From: Raillietiella orientalis
Taxonomy: Eukaryota
Length of the DNA stretch: 64,000 nucleotides
Assembly (NCBI GenBank): GCA_036172245.1
Contig: JAYWIR010000001.1
Coordinates: 2,418,001-2,482,000, forward strand
Direction: 5' to 3'
The position numbers were made by a program, and so were the translations under genes. Every line of letters starts with the position of its first letter. Within the stretch, counting starts at the first letter, position 1. The notes under the pieces were generated by a model. That model was not told the DNA's origin, searched no databases, and was given only the letters and a program-made list of their open reading frames with translations. This document shows, one piece after another, positions 12,760 through 25,960 of the stretch.

Positions 12760-14280
12760 CTGGACCAGAAGCCATCCAGCCACGCGCATATAAACAATAG
12801 AGAACCTGTCGGGTCACTGGTTCTCAGACCGGTACGGTCCACCACGACAGCAGAGGGGCAGGAGACAAAACAAAAGGAAAAACAATAGAGAAACATCTGG
12901 AAGCTACGGCAAGGAATCACAGTCTGCTGGGGTGCCGTTACATCCATTCTAGGATGCTGGCAAGCTCTTTCTGAATGTGCGGGGCCAGGCGGGGCCATGT
13001 TGTCGCCACCCTCATGAATTCGGCGGCGCATTGGACGGCACCCTCATCGCGGGGTCCTCCCTCTGCCTTGGTCCATGCGGCGACGATTCCGCGTCAGGAA
13101 CCGCACAGGACTGCTAACGAGGTCGCAGGCCGGAGGGCGTCGGAAACGAAGAAGGCTTAATTGCGTCTCTGGGGTTGCCACAGGGAATTCCGAAGGGTTC
13201 CAAAGGGGCCGTAGAGCAACACAATCCATTAGCAGGTGGAGGAGGGACTCACGCTCCCCACACCTCATACAATTGGGGTCGACCTTTTCCTGTGTCCAGT
13301 GATACCGGCGGGCATTGCACGGAAGTCTTCAGTGCAGCAGCATCAGCGCCGACTCCTGCCACTTCAATGGGAGGGTACGATGGTCCATCAGCACCGAGGG
13401 CCACTTCAGATGTTTTGGCGGAACATCCAGCAGCTCACCCCAGTGCACAAGTCCAACAGGGTCGCAATCGGGGCCGCAGTATTGCAGAGTCTGCTCGTTT
13501 TCCATTCCCCGATCCTCCTCTCCGTACCGGAGATTTCGGTAATAACTCACCATGCCGCCGTGATACTGCTTCCCAGGCGCTCCATGAGGGAAGACAGCAC
13601 TGCAACGAGGAGAGTTCTCCCTGCCCAGCTTTTTTGGGGTTCTTCAGGACCTTCCGGATCGTGAGGAAGTCGTTGCGCGCAAACAGGTATCTTCGTCCTT
13701 GTTCGGCGTGTCGCTCGTTGCTCCTCGCCCACGTATAAACGGTTTCCTGCAAGCAGGCAGCTACGTTCAAGAGGCAAGAGGACGTTGTTGCTCATCATAT
13801 CGGTCACTCTCCGCAGCTGCAAACCGCTGTGTCCGACTTGGCGGCAACGACGGAGCGCAAAGAAGGACAACAGTCTCAACTTGCCGGTGGCCTGCTTGAC
13901 AAGGAGTGCAGGAGCGCACCAGGTGGTGCTCCAACACTTCGCCACTAGAGCAAGTAACCGGAACTGGAGGTAGAGCTCCAGCCGCTTCACCGTCAAGAGG
14001 TCGAGATCGCCGTCCTGACGCAGAGCACACAAGTCTTCAAGTCCGACTCGGGACCTCGTCGGAGAAGATCGGTCCGAGAATTCTGCTCCCGGATCTGCTT
14101 ATACCAACTTCCGAGAGACTTCGGAGAAGGCGTGGAGAACAGCAGGGCGTTTCTGTAGCCCGAGCTTTCTGGAGACGAGCGGAAGTCAGTCTCCTGGCCG
14201 AGTACAAGGCAAAGGCTGAACGCGAGGTCTGGCAGTCTGGGGCGCCTTCCCTGCTCGACGGTCATGACAGAGAATGTTAG
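12760..14280 (-). mobile_element. L1/Tx1-like LINE fragment, post-RT region to C-terminal zinc knuckle
   Basis: CALRQDGDLDLL (post-RT GGLG-type motif) and RCGERESLLHLLMDC. Homologous to 14800-15170 and 23430-23800. Confidence 0.75.
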
Positions 14281-14379
14281 GCCCCCGGCGCATTTATCAT
14301 CCGGATGTGCAGGGGCATTTATTATAAAGAATTTTTTACAAAAATTCTCTAATGAAGTCTATGAATTAGTATCAGGAAG

Positions 14380-14600
14380 ACGGAGTGAAGATCTTTCTAT
14401 GAGCTTCCTTGCCGGAGTGTGCTGACGTGATAAGCGAGGAAGTTCCCGCACGTCTCGACGAGCCCTTCACGGTGGAAGAAGTTACTTCGGCCATCACGGG
14501 GCTCAAGAGACGAAAGGCACTAGGCAAAAAACGGGTTGCCCACGAAGTTTTTCCAGTGCTTTGAGGTGGATCTCGTTCCTCTAGTGCTACGAATCTCGTC
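14380..14600 (+). mobile_element. L1/Tx1-like LINE fragment (RT N-terminal region)
   Basis: Encodes LDEPFTVEEVTSAITGLKRRKALG, matching LDEPFTTGEIISAIFKLKRQKAPG in ORF 25021-25464. Confidence 0.75.
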
Positions 14601-14616
14601 GCCGATGAAGTTTTAA

Positions 14617-15751
14617 CCCGGTCACGCCGGGATGTTTATTAAATACAACAAGTTTGAAGGGATATGTATTCCTTCAAGAAACAAGAAACCCCAATACAAA
14701 AAGTTCAACCAGGATGACCGGCTTCGGAAAAGAAAGCAACAGAGGGAGGGGACTCAAAATAAATCAAAACAGTAGAAAGGCTAGGGACAGAAAAAAAGAG
14801 TGGGAGGGTACGGTAAGGAATCACTGTTGCTGCTGGGGCCATATCATCCTTCTCAGGATGCCGGCAAGCTCTTCTTGCATTCGCAGATCCAGGTGGGACC
14901 ATGGAGACGCCCTCTTCAGGAATTGGGCGGCACCCTGGATGGCATCCTTATTGCGTGGTCCTCCCATAGCCGTGCTCAATGCGGCGACGATCCCGCGAAG
15001 GCAGCACAAGGCTGCTATCGAGACCGCTGGTCGAAGGGCGTCGGCAACGAAGAGGGCTTTCCATGCATCCCTGGGGTTGCCGCAGGGGATTCCGATGGCC
15101 GCGGCAAAGCGGAACCAAAGGGGCTGAAGGGCAACACAATCCACTAGGAGGTGGGGGAGGGACTCGGACCCTCCCGTTGCCCCAAAGGGCGATACGGAGG
15201 AAGTCCTTCGTCCGCTTTTTGATCCTCTCTGTGGAGGGGACAAACAAAAGGCAGGGAACGGAGGAGAGGAGCCGCAAACGTGTTCCAAACTGCGGCCCGT
15301 TCTGGCAGGAAAAACCTGCCGCCTCGGAATGGGCAGATCGCTGTGTCTACTTTTTGGAGGCAGCCGGACCACGCTTCCGCAGGGGAATAGTCCCCCAACG
15401 GTACACCAAGGTACTTGAAGTACCTCACCGTGGGGATCCCCCACTCTGCTGCCCTGCCCATGCCGCACCAACTGGCATTACGGACGACTTCGCCCTGTTC
15501 ACCGTAAGTCTGGTTCCCCGATTCAGCAGGTCGAAGAACTCCTCGACCGCCGAAGCCGGGGTGGACATAGGGAGCAGCAGCAGAAGGTCGTCCGCGTACG
15601 CTGAAACCGCCAGCGTACCGGTGCAGTCGTGCGGCAGGTGCGCCAGAGTTTCCCTGTACGCCCTCAGTACCAACTCGAAGTAGGTACTGAAAAGCAACGG
15701 GTTTAAACTGTCGCCCTGCCGGATGTCCCTGCATACGGGAATACCGTACAC
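14617..15751 (-). mobile_element. L1/Tx1-like LINE 3' part: RT core, internal deletion, zinc knuckle, 3' UTR
   Basis: IRQGDSLNPLLF, AYADDL, FKYLGVPL and ESLPHLLVDC motifs. Ends with AATAAA plus a short hairpin. Confidence 0.9.
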
Positions 15752-16012
15752 ATGCCAAGCTCCTGTCCGGTAATGCCGGCAGTGGCAGCCTATGGCGACG
15801 ACCTGCCTCTCCTACTACCCATGTCCACCCCGGAGTCCAACCTCGAGGATTTCTTTGAGCTGATTCGTCGGGAAACGGGCATGAGCGTTAACAGGAGCAA
15901 GAGTGTAGTCGTTCTTGTATGTGCATCGTGGGCGGGGCAGTCCGACTGGATCCACCTGGGGATTCCGACGGCCAGGTGCTTCAAGTACCTTGACGTCCCG
16001 CTTGGTTCATGA
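15752..16012 (+). mobile_element. L1/Tx1-like RT fragment
   Basis: AYGDDLPLLLP...VNRSKS...FKYLDVPLG, paralogous to the adjacent minus-strand RT. Confidence 0.85.
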
Positions 16013-16949
16013 AGTTCAAGCCTTGAATCCTAAGAGGGGTCTCAATCTCTGCGTACTTACAGATTTTGGTTTCTCGTGCACGCTGTAGCGATGACACAAT
16101 TTTCAAATGAAACCACAACGTCGATTATAACTGCTGTGGACGCATTTTGCAGAAATCTGTCGGAACAAGAAGTGGAGTTTAGCACATTAAGCCGGCTATC
16201 CTTTTGGGCAACGGGTCATCGGGGGGTGAGGATCTTATATGGTGTCTCAACAGCCAAGTCATGTCTATGGGTGATCATTATTCCAAGATGAACTGGACAA
16301 TGATACAAAACATGGGCCAGTGTTTCTTTTACACAGCCGCATTTTTGGCATTGCTCAAAGTCCCCAGACGTTTTTCGATTACGTTAAGGAATAAATGGTT
16401 CAAGCGGCCACGGTGTATAAAGCGACAGTCTGCAAAGCGAAACCCATCACATGTAGGTAGGAATGACATGGAGGCTTTGTGAAGAGCTACATATCCTATT
16501 CTCCTACCTTGGTCTGGTGTCGCTATAAGTGATAAGCGATTTTGCTCCCGAAAGTAAGCACGTACCTTTCGTACTACTTGTCGACGTTGCAGAAACGAAA
16601 GGATTTGGGGGTTTTCATGCTCAGGGAATGGAGAGCATCACATTATTATCATCAAAGTTCCACATTATGGGAAGACGCTTCGCTGCTTCCCGTAATGAGC
16701 ACCACATTTGTGCGGGGATCAACATTTGGGCGGTCTAAAGGGGACGAAGAGCATCCTTTGAGGTACCGCATAAAGTGGAGTAAGTCTCGTGAGACAGGAG
16801 TCTTTCTACTTACAGCATCAGAAAGTCCGAAGGCAACAGCATTCACATGAGGATCGGGACACGTTAATAGCTTAAACGCAGTCAGCAATCAATGTTTGTG
16901 CTCCGTGAACTAGGAGCACTATCCCAAGCACTATTTCATCACGAACACT

Positions 16950-19900
16950 TCCTTATAGGTATCCGTTAGATGATCATTGGGTAAGGTTAAGAATAATTGT
17001 TTGAACTATTAAGTATTATTTTGTCAATCTTGGCCCACGACGATAGGGGTATAGTACGAAGAAGTAAGTCATGTACCGAGTATTGCAAGAAAAAGTATTT
17101 AATTGCGTCTAGTTTCTGCCACGGGGCTAAGGGGAAGTATGCAATATCTTGAAATGTGCAATGAACGTATCTACGTTTGCGTTATACATGAGAGGATCCA
17201 AAACAATTTCTTTTTAGGTAGTGGTACGTATCTTGAAGGGAAAGAGACGGAATTGGTACACCATTTACAGATGGCGGCAATTTCGCACTTGTGGAGGGGA
17301 GGCTACGTAGTCACACGGCCGCATTTATTGGAATCGACTTCTAATTTCGCAGCTCGGGTTGTATCTGAAAATGTGGTGATGGCAGGTTGTAGCTTATCTA
17401 TCGTGCTAGCTATAAGCGCAACATCATCTACATAAGCAAGTGAAATTTTGGAGGATTGGTGGTGTTTCAGGATTTTGATGAAGGATTCTAACGCGATGTC
17501 AAGTAACAGGCTACTTAGAGGCAACCTTGGTGCACTACGGAACGAATTGGTATTAGATTCGTAAGTCCATCCTAGGTCCCTATTGTTGTAGATCCCGAAT
17601 ACATTTCTGATATTATTCCATAATACTGATTACCAGCTCCTAGTAGGGTCAACTTGTCTAGACTGTGATAGTGGGGGATGGACGAAAACGAGTCTTCAAA
17701 GTCTACCTCCCAATGGCAACGTCTTGGTGGTGTAGCCGGAAAAGTTCAAGTACACTAATCAGGACAAAGTTTTTCTTCGACACACCATCATAAGTGATAA
17801 TCCTCCTTTTGATGGTGTTCAAGGATTCCCTTGTTGAGGATCCACGAGAGCAACCTGCTTGCTAGGATTTTGCACAATAGTTTGCCAATAGTGCTGGAGA
17901 TCGCAAAGGGGCGAAATTGTGCGACGTCTCTAGAGTCAATTGCTCCAGATTTAGGACTTGGAACTGTACGTGATATTTTCCAGTCGTTAGGACCTACAAG
18001 TGATGGACACACGTCGTACAGCGCTACAAGACAAGTTCCGTCTGGGTCTGCTTTCAGCAGGGAGTACTGGATTCCGTCATTTCCTGGGGCAGTGTCTTGA
18101 GAGTTCCGTAACGCAAACAGAACTTCTTGAGGAGTAATCTTTGAACAATTTACTCCCGAAGAAGCTGGGGTTAAAGGGCTTGACTTAAGTATCTTCGTGC
18201 CAATAGCCTTTGCTGAGAACTGTTCACTAGAAATGGTTTCAAGTATCGATCGAGAGCCGTTGAATTGGATCGGATTGGGTTGAAATGCGAATGGCTCGTT
18301 TTGGTTGCGTCGATGCAGGCTTTGAAGTAGTTTTGTTGAGGTTAAACGAGAGGCATTGGAGAAGGCAGTGGGTCTTGTATAGGGGTTTGAGGGGCTCATT
18401 TGGAATATCAAAGTTATTTGACACCCGGGTGCATCGGGGCGTTTATTTTAATAACGAACATGTGTGGAGCCATAGGCCCTACAACGTCCGAAAGAGTTCG
18501 GAACTTGCCGAGTCACCGGCATGCAGGCCGGAATATCGAAGTTATCGTATTCATAACTTAGTTGAGGATGGCGATGGTTCGTTACCAAGTGTCGTTAGAA
18601 GTCGCTTTTGTGAGAAGAGTTGTGATTTACGGGGATACAAGATGCAGGTTCGCTGGTTGTGTACAAAGTTTGCAGGGGAGTTGGATGTATCAGTGGTGTG
18701 TACTGTTGTAAGGCTTGGAGGGAGATGAGTATGATGGTGCTATTGAAAGTACTGGTCCTGTTGGGACACAAGCTGTTGTGAGCAAGGACTTCGTTGCTCC
18801 TAAGTTTGCAGTCGTGAGGGGTTCGGCTGTCGCTATCGCCTCGAGACGGCTGAATGTGAGTACTAGAAGAGGAGCGCAGGGCAGAATTGTTTTCTTACGT
18901 AGACTTTGCAGGAGCATATGCCATCGAGTAGGATTTTGTAATCCGCACATGGAGGGGAAAGTGTCCATACAGTTGGGAATGTTACATTGAAAGGTAAGGG
19001 ATATAAGGGGTACCGTGGGGGGTTCAGAGCTAGCGAGGTGTTTGAAGCATGGTGATGTGTGGGATAGGAGACATCAGAGTCGCATTTCCTACATAGTAAC
19101 CTATGCTTGTGGAAAGGAAGCTTGTGTGCTGTGTTTAAGGGGCGTTTAAGAGAGAGAAGTCTGTTGCTTGCATGGAGAGTTTGCGTTCGCCAGGAACGGG
19201 ATGGCAGTATGCAGCATAGCGTACGAGGTACGGGAAATGGAACCAGAAGGACGTTAGGTGTAAGGGATACATCACTGCTTGCAATGGGCAGAAATAGAAG
19301 GTTCATGATTGGAGAGGTAGTAGGACGGGTGGTGGTGGGTGGGGAGGTAGGATAGGTAGCAAGGGTACGATTGTAACTAAACATTCTCGATAAGATTGAC
19401 AGTCTAGGTGTTAATGGATTAGGATGATATTTTGGAGATTTTTGCACTGTCGAGATGTAGGGGACGAGGAAGCGGAAATCTTTGGTGGCTACATAGTAAA
19501 AGGTGGGACGGTTGAAACCAAAGGAAACAACCAAATTGTTTCCGAACTTTCAAGGAAAAAGAAAGTTCGGAAACAATTTGGTTAGTGTGCGGAACTATGT
19601 ACGGTGGGTAGTGAGCTCTGCACAGAGGAAGTTTCGCGTGATATTTCGACCGAAGAGGGAATCTTTCCAAGCGAATGGAGGAGGTACTTCCAGTTAATAA
19701 GGGGGAAGATGGTGGTATAAGAGAGGAGGGCGGTGAGGACGCATTAGGGGCCAGTATTCTCGTGTGTATGACGCGAGTGATTTTTGACATCAGCAAATGT
19801 CGGTGATGAAGAGGACAGGGTAGATATTAATCGAGGCAAAGCTAGTGATGATTGGGCATTATAATGACCTTCTAACGGGAGAGTGGAGAAGGCAAGGCAT

Positions 19901-20560
19901 TAGCGAATGACAGGATTTCAGGAGGCAAAAGTTTGAACACGTTTTGAGTTGTTGGAAAATAGAAATTGCATCTCGCAGTGCAGGCGAAACCTCAGAATGT
20001 GGTTTAGGCATCAAGGTGCTGTCAGATGGAAGTTGAGGGCTTTCTTTGGGCAATGATTGGAACAAGTGTGAAATTTTGAGTCGGGTTCTTCGTGAAAAAT
20101 TTCGTATGTTGACGGTTTCTGAGTTCTTAATGTCCCGTGCGTTCTCCGGTTGTGGGCTGAGCGGTGTCTTTTACGGTCAAAACTGGATGCACAAAACAAG
20201 CAAGGGTATTTAAGTTGTTTGAGGGGGGGGGAGGAAGTTCAACAGTTCGAATAGAGTGCGTACATTTGAGAGGCAGGGGAATAGTCGAACAGGTCACAAA
20301 GGCCAAAAGAGAGTTGGGTAGTGTCGCTATGTGTACGTGTAAGATGGTGTTTTAGGTTACGGAAAAGATTTTGCCTTTCTTGGGCTGAGGATGAGAATTT
20401 GCAGCTGGGAATAAGGCATGGGCAAGAAAGGGGAAGGAAAAATGCACAAATATAAACCACGGTCGGAGTCTAGAAATGCGGGTTCCAAAAATTTGCTTCC
20501 CAGCTTCCATTGTTTCAATGAGTTATAGCGCGTACAACACCAGGGCAGTGGGGAATTCTC
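16950..20560 (-). mobile_element. Decayed RLE-type (R2/NeSL/Utopia-like) non-LTR retrotransposon with multiple N-terminal zinc fingers
   Basis: RT motifs DTAPGNDGIQY, FRPFAISSTIGKLLCKILASRL, PLSSLLLDIALE and LAYVDDVALIA. N-terminal Cys/His fingers include FCASSFDRKRHRSAHNRRTH and NLKHHLTRTH. No APE domain; no restriction-like endonuclease recognised at the 3' end. Many frameshifts. Confidence 0.8.
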
Positions 20561-20653
20561 CACAAATATGTTTGTCTGTTCTTGTCTCGGTTCATTTTTA
20601 AGTATAAAGTTTCTTCATTCTTCAGCGCGCAGCATTTTATAATCGAAAGTATA

Positions 20654-20899
20654 GGCACGACCGAGAGCGCCATGGCCGCAGCACGAAAATTGCCTGGGTA
20701 CTAGGGCACGGCACGCGAGTCCTCCCGCAGGTACAGGCACGACCGAGAGCGCCATGGCCGCAGCACGAAAATTGCCTGGGTACTAGGGCACGGCACGCGA
20801 GTCCTCCAGCAGGTACAGGCACGACCGAGAGCGCCATGGCCGCAGCACGAAAATTGCCTGGGTACTAGGGTACGGCACGCGAGTCCTCCCGCAGGTACA
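20654..20899. repeat. Three near-identical 82-bp GC-rich tandem repeats
   Basis: Unit ggcacgaccgagagcgccatggccgcagc...cctcccgcaggtaca starts at 20654, 20736 and 20818, with only 1-2 differences between copies. Confidence 0.97.
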
Positions 20900-21559
20900 A
20901 GCGTGACTGCGAGCGCTGCAGTGCGGGTACGGCCGCAACTTCACGTGGGTAGCGCACGGTACAGGTTCGGCGCAGGCGCGCCACGCGGTCGCGCCGCCAT
21001 CTTGAAAATTGGGAGTTTCACGGAACAGTTCTGTTGAACCACCAATTCAGGGTTAAAACACATTCAGAAAGGCAGATAGATTGCTGATTGTATCCTGTAT
21101 TGACGGTTCCTATTTAAAGTCAACTTCCAGAAGTGTAATCAACTAGTGTCATGCCATTGCAACCATTGTGGACACAGACACGTTGCAACAACCATTTTGC
21201 AGTGGACATAATGTTGAGAAGAGTTCGAGGAATAAGTGGTTAATTCATTCAAGCTATTAAGATTTAGGGCAACGTGGCAGAAAGTCTTACCCGCTCCAAC
21301 CAACAGTTTTCTAATTAAACTATAGCGACTGCAGACGGCCAAAGGAGAATCCTGGAATTTACCACAATAACCACTGTATAATCGCCATTCTGCGTATACA
21401 AGTAAAGCACATCTACGGGGTACACTGTACGTAAAATGACCGAGGCGGCTACAAAAAATTTCACGAAAGTCTCTTTAAATGTCACTCACGGGAACGTCGC
21501 AGACACACTTTTGGGCTTGCAGGCTGACGCTGGCCAACCTGCCGCGCTCACCGGCTGTG

Positions 21560-21945
21560 GCGGACGACCTGCTTCTTTTCTTGCCCAGGTCGACCTCTGC
21601 GGGCTCGTTCGAAGAATTATTCGAGTTGATCTGTCGATGACCGGATGTGAGTGTTAACAGGAGTAAGAGCGTGGCCGTCGCGGTAGGAGCGACGTGGGAG
21701 AAGAGGTCCGACTGCACCCGGCTGTAATTCCCCACGGGCAGGTACTTAAAGTACCTTAGCGTGCTGTTGGCGACTTCTGTGCTGCAGATGTGTAGTCGGA
21801 CTGCCCCCGGAAGGCAGAGCGTGCTCTTAATGCGTTACTCGGTGGCAAGTTTGTCTTGCCAGATCCCTCGAGCCTTCATGTGAAACAACTTCGTTGCTGC
21901 CTTCTCCGCCCCTTGTTTTTTGTTTGCCTGCCTCATCCGGTCAGG
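21560..21945 (+). mobile_element. L1/Tx1-like RT fragment
   Basis: Translates to SFEELFELI...VSVNRSKSVAVAVGATW...YLKYLSV, homologous to 15752-16012. Confidence 0.75.
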
Positions 21946-22374
21946 GTCCAAGCGCAGCACCTACGCAATGCCCTGCTGGGCGCTGTCGCGATGCAGCAAC
22001 CTTTCATGGCCGCGAAAAAGGCATTGAGGCGTCTGGACTATACCAAGGGGTTCGAGATCTCGGACACCGACATGAAAGCCGGAAACGCAGCTTCCTGCAC
22101 CGCGGCACCCCGCCGGAAGTCTGGACGAAAATCCAAGCGTCTCTGCAGGATCAGCTCCTCCGTCCAAATGGAAGAGCTGGACTCTGGAAACGAGGGAGCC
22201 ACGAGCGTAGGACTTTCCCGCGACTCGCTCGAAATAGTTTCGCGCTCCTACGAGGGGGTGATATAGGGGGTGGAGGCCGTCCAGGTGCTCCAGGTGGCCA
22301 GCGTCCCCGTGGGCATTCCGCCCGCCGTGGAGAAAGCTGGTGCCGCATCGTCAACTTCTCGGCCTTGATGCCCG

Positions 22375-22900
22375 AGATCGCCTCCGTCGTTGTTTGCGGA
22401 TCGCCTTTTGGAACGTCAACGGGCTATGCAATGACGGCAGGAGACTTGACATTGACGCCACGCTCGGGTCCTACGACCTGGTGCTACTGCTGGAGATACA
22501 CGTGATCGTGGCGGATCAAGTCCAAGAGATAGAACGGATCTCGAGATGGCGGCTGATTAGGCGATGCGGCATGTAAAAGTCCTGCGGCGTCGGCTTCTTG
22601 ATTCAGCCGCCCATCGAGGCCAAAACACAAGGCGTTCGGTTTGATGACGCAGGTCGTGTCTGCCAACTGACTCTTAGGTGCCTTGACTCCATCGTCCTGG
22701 TCGTTACCAACCTGTACTCCAAAGACGATGGCAAGCACAGAGTTCTTCCTTGCCATGACACGTGTATGGCTGGATGAAGCGGGAGTGCAGAAAGCGCATC
22801 TAGTAGCAGGCGATTTTAACCTTCGCTTGCTGTCAGGTGCGCTGGATCACGAACGAGACAGTTAATGAGTTGTGCGCGGCGATGCAACGGGCAACTTGTT
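22375..22900 (+). mobile_element. L1/Tx1-like APE endonuclease fragment (start of ORF2)
   Basis: LRIAFWNVNGL, LLLEIH and LVAGDFN APE motifs. Confidence 0.85.
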
Positions 22901-23238
22901 GGTCGAACAACCGGAAATGAAACCCAGCATCCATCATGTCTTTTTTTAGCAGCACCAGCGCTGCAGTGTAGGCAGGCGCGGCTAGGTTCCATCGAGGTGG
23001 TGCGACCATTCCTGGATCGAATTTGAGATTCGTCCGCGCGACAGTGGTTCTCCTTCGGATGCGTGGCATCTTCCAGAAGACTGGGCAACCCTCCTGGGAG
23101 CTACGGAGATCTCCGCGCCTTCATACGAGGTTTCAGACCGCAAGCGCTTTACGACTGGGATCGCTTTAAGCGCTCAGACCAAGACTTTTGTCTGCAGTTC
23201 CCTTTGGATCGCATACCTGCGGGGGTTTAGGGATGCCA

Positions 23239-24870
23239 CCCACTCACGCCGGGACGTTTATTAATAAACTCTCTTATATTGCAGTATGAAGCCCCACTAC
23301 GGCCAACACAAGACTGGATCTGCCAAATTGCCGTTAGGTAGACCGATTGTACTCTTCGGCAGTAGGGAGGGGGATGAAAAACAAGCAAAAAAATAAATAA
23401 AAAAACACTTCGGAAAACCAGAATGGGATTACTGTTTGCTTGTGGAAGTGCCCATTCTTTGCAGGATGCCGTGCAGATCCTTCGACATGTTCCCCTGGTG
23501 GGACCATGTGGTCGCTATCCTCAGTAACCGAACTGCGAATTCAATGGCGTTCCTTCCGTGGCTTCCTCTGTTGGCTCCACTCCACGCTGCCATAATCCCG
23601 CAGACGCAGCAAAATGCTGCCAGCGCTGTTACTGATTCCTGGGCGTATCGCACAAACAGAAACCGAAAAACGTCCCTGGGAGGCTACCAGCTGGGATCCG
23701 GAGGGTCGTTGAAAACTGTTTCCAGAGGGACCGGAAGGCAATGCAGTCCACTAACAGGATGAGGGAGGGATTCCCGTTCCCCGCCCATGGCAAAGTTCGG
23801 GTTCGCCCTCCTTAGCGTCTAGTGGTGGCGGCGCGCGTTGCAGAGAAGACCACAGTGCAACAGAAGAAGCGCCGTTTCCTGCCACTTTAGGGGGAAGATG
23901 CCCGTGTCCTTCTACACTTGGGATCACTTTAGGTCTTCAGATGAGATGCCGAGCAGCTCGCCCCATCGCTGTGGTCCTCGCGGAAGGGCGCTCAAGATCG
24001 TGGCGTCTGCCAGTTGTCTCATGGTCCAACCGCTCATTTTCTCTCTGCCTGTGATCCGGCAGGAGACCTGCCTCCTCAGCACCCGGCTGTTGCCAAGTGC
24101 CTCCCTTAGGAAGGGCATCGCCGTAAAGAAAGGGGTCGTCTCCGCTCACGTGCTCCTCGCAAGACACTCGATATGTTCCGCAGAAAGCAGCGGGCGTAGC
24201 TGCCGACTCGCAAGCGGCTCTATGTTTCACTTCTTGGTTCGTTAGTCTTCATCCACATGCCAAAAGCTTCCTTCAGCCATTCGATAGGATTGGCGGGGCT
24301 ACATACCATCTAAGCATTCTCCTTTGCCAGGGTGATCATGAGTCCGCGGAGGAGACCAGGTCTTCTCATCTTCCTGATAGGGCACAAAAGAGACGTCAGT
24401 CCTTCCTTCCGGATAAACGACGGGCGAGTAGGCGGACCGGAATGCACCATGTGGTCCTTTAGTACTTTGCAGCTATAATCATGGTTCGCCACTGTAGCTG
24501 AGTCTTCATCCATTTTAGCGTCAGAGTGACTAGACCGCCGTCCCGACGCAGAGCGCACAAGTCCATCAGGGGAACTCGGGTCCTCCCGTTGCCCCACCGG
24601 ACGATGCGTAGGAGGTCCTCCGTTTGCTTTTTTACTTCTCTAAGGACAAGACAAACAAAAAGCAGGGGGCAAAAGTTGGGGTCGCTAACGCGTTCTGCAC
24701 TGCGGCCCGTTCCGGCGAGTGGAACTTGCCTTCCAGGAACGGGCCGATCGCCAACTCTACTTTCTGGAGAGGACCTGACCAGAATTCTGACTGACAGAAG
24801 TTGCCCAACGGAACTCCAAGGCACTTCACGTACCTACCCGTTGGGATCCCCCAGTGGATTCAGTCAGGCC
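23239..24870 (-). mobile_element. L1/Tx1-like LINE 3' part (RT thumb to 3' end), rearranged
   Basis: KCLGVPLGNF, WGNGRTRVPLMDLCALRRDGGL and GERESLPH motifs. 3' terminus matches the 14617 copy. Confidence 0.8.
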
Positions 24871-25020
24871 TTTTAACCTTCACTTGCTGTCAGGTGCGCT
24901 GGATCATGAACAAGACAGAGTTAACGAGTTGTGCGCGGCGATGCACATGGGCAACTTGTTGGCCGGGCAGCTGGAGTAATTATAGTGTCGACCATCCTTC
25001 TCAAACGCTCAGCCCACAGT

Positions 25021-25960
25021 CTAGTCAGCAATTTGCCGTCCCTGTTCACGACAGTGATCGTTGCTTAATTGTCTGAGGTCTCCTACCTTAGGAAGAAGCC
25101 TCACCCTGGCTGACCAAAACGAGGCGGGAACATCGCCTTCGTCTCGAATCAGCTTTGTCAACTGCAGCACCAGGGGGGTCAACTTTGCCGCGAAACATTG
25201 GAAAAAGTCCGCGGGCAGGCCTCCCTCTCCTGGCGCCTTCTGTCTCTTCAGCTTAAAGATCGCGGAGATGATTTCACCGGTCGTGAAAGGCTCATCGAGG
25301 CTTTCCCTCTCCTCGTCCCCTATGATGGGGGCTTTATCTGGTAGCAGGAGTCGCGAGGCGCCTCGCTCAGGAGGTGCCCTGGCATAAAGGGAGGAATAAA
25401 ATCTCCTTACGAGGTGCCGTATCGCGGCCGGGGCCGAGTATTCCCTGCTCTGGTCGTCTAGCAAGCTGGGCGGCCAGGATTGACAGGCTTGGTGCTCAGC
25501 CCTGGATCGCTACTCGACCAGATTACGAACGTTGGGGGTCCTCTCTTAGCGTTGGGTGTGGAGATACGCTCTCTCGTTACGGCCCCCTCCTGGGATCCGG
25601 AGGGCAGGCGGTCGAGAGGGAACTGCTCGAAGAACTCGTGGAATGAGTGCTTGAAGAGATCCCAATACAAAAGATTTTGGAGGTGAAGCCTTTTAGGAAT
25701 TGGAGGGGTTGTTCTGCCTTACCTGGTAGGTTCGTGCAGTCCCTCGAGAGGAGATGCTCCCTGGACGAGGTTTCTTGTCGCGCGGCCACATTTCGGAATC
25801 CATCCGAGAATGGTCGGATCAACAGAAGACTCCCTCGTTTCCCGATTCGTGGGCATAGATCGTGATCGAGGAACGTGAGGTCGATACTGTCTTCAATTTC
25901 CGGGAGGTCCTTTAGCAAGCTGAGCACGCGCATCGCTAAGGAGTGGGGACGGCAGGGGAG
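25021..25960 (-). mobile_element. L1/Tx1-like LINE fragment (linker and RT domain 0/1)
   Basis: RRFYSSLY, LDEPFTTGEI, KAPGEGGLPADFF and LLPKVGD motifs. Confidence 0.85.

Noticed and set aside
20470-20530. Minus-strand CATTGAAAC...AAATTTTTGGAAC resembling the nematode SL1 RNA intron and Sm site
   Set aside because: No leader exon or GT donor and no terminal stem-loop. It lies in frame with the retroelement's first module (KFLEPAFLD), and on the wrong side for a NeSL-type insertion.
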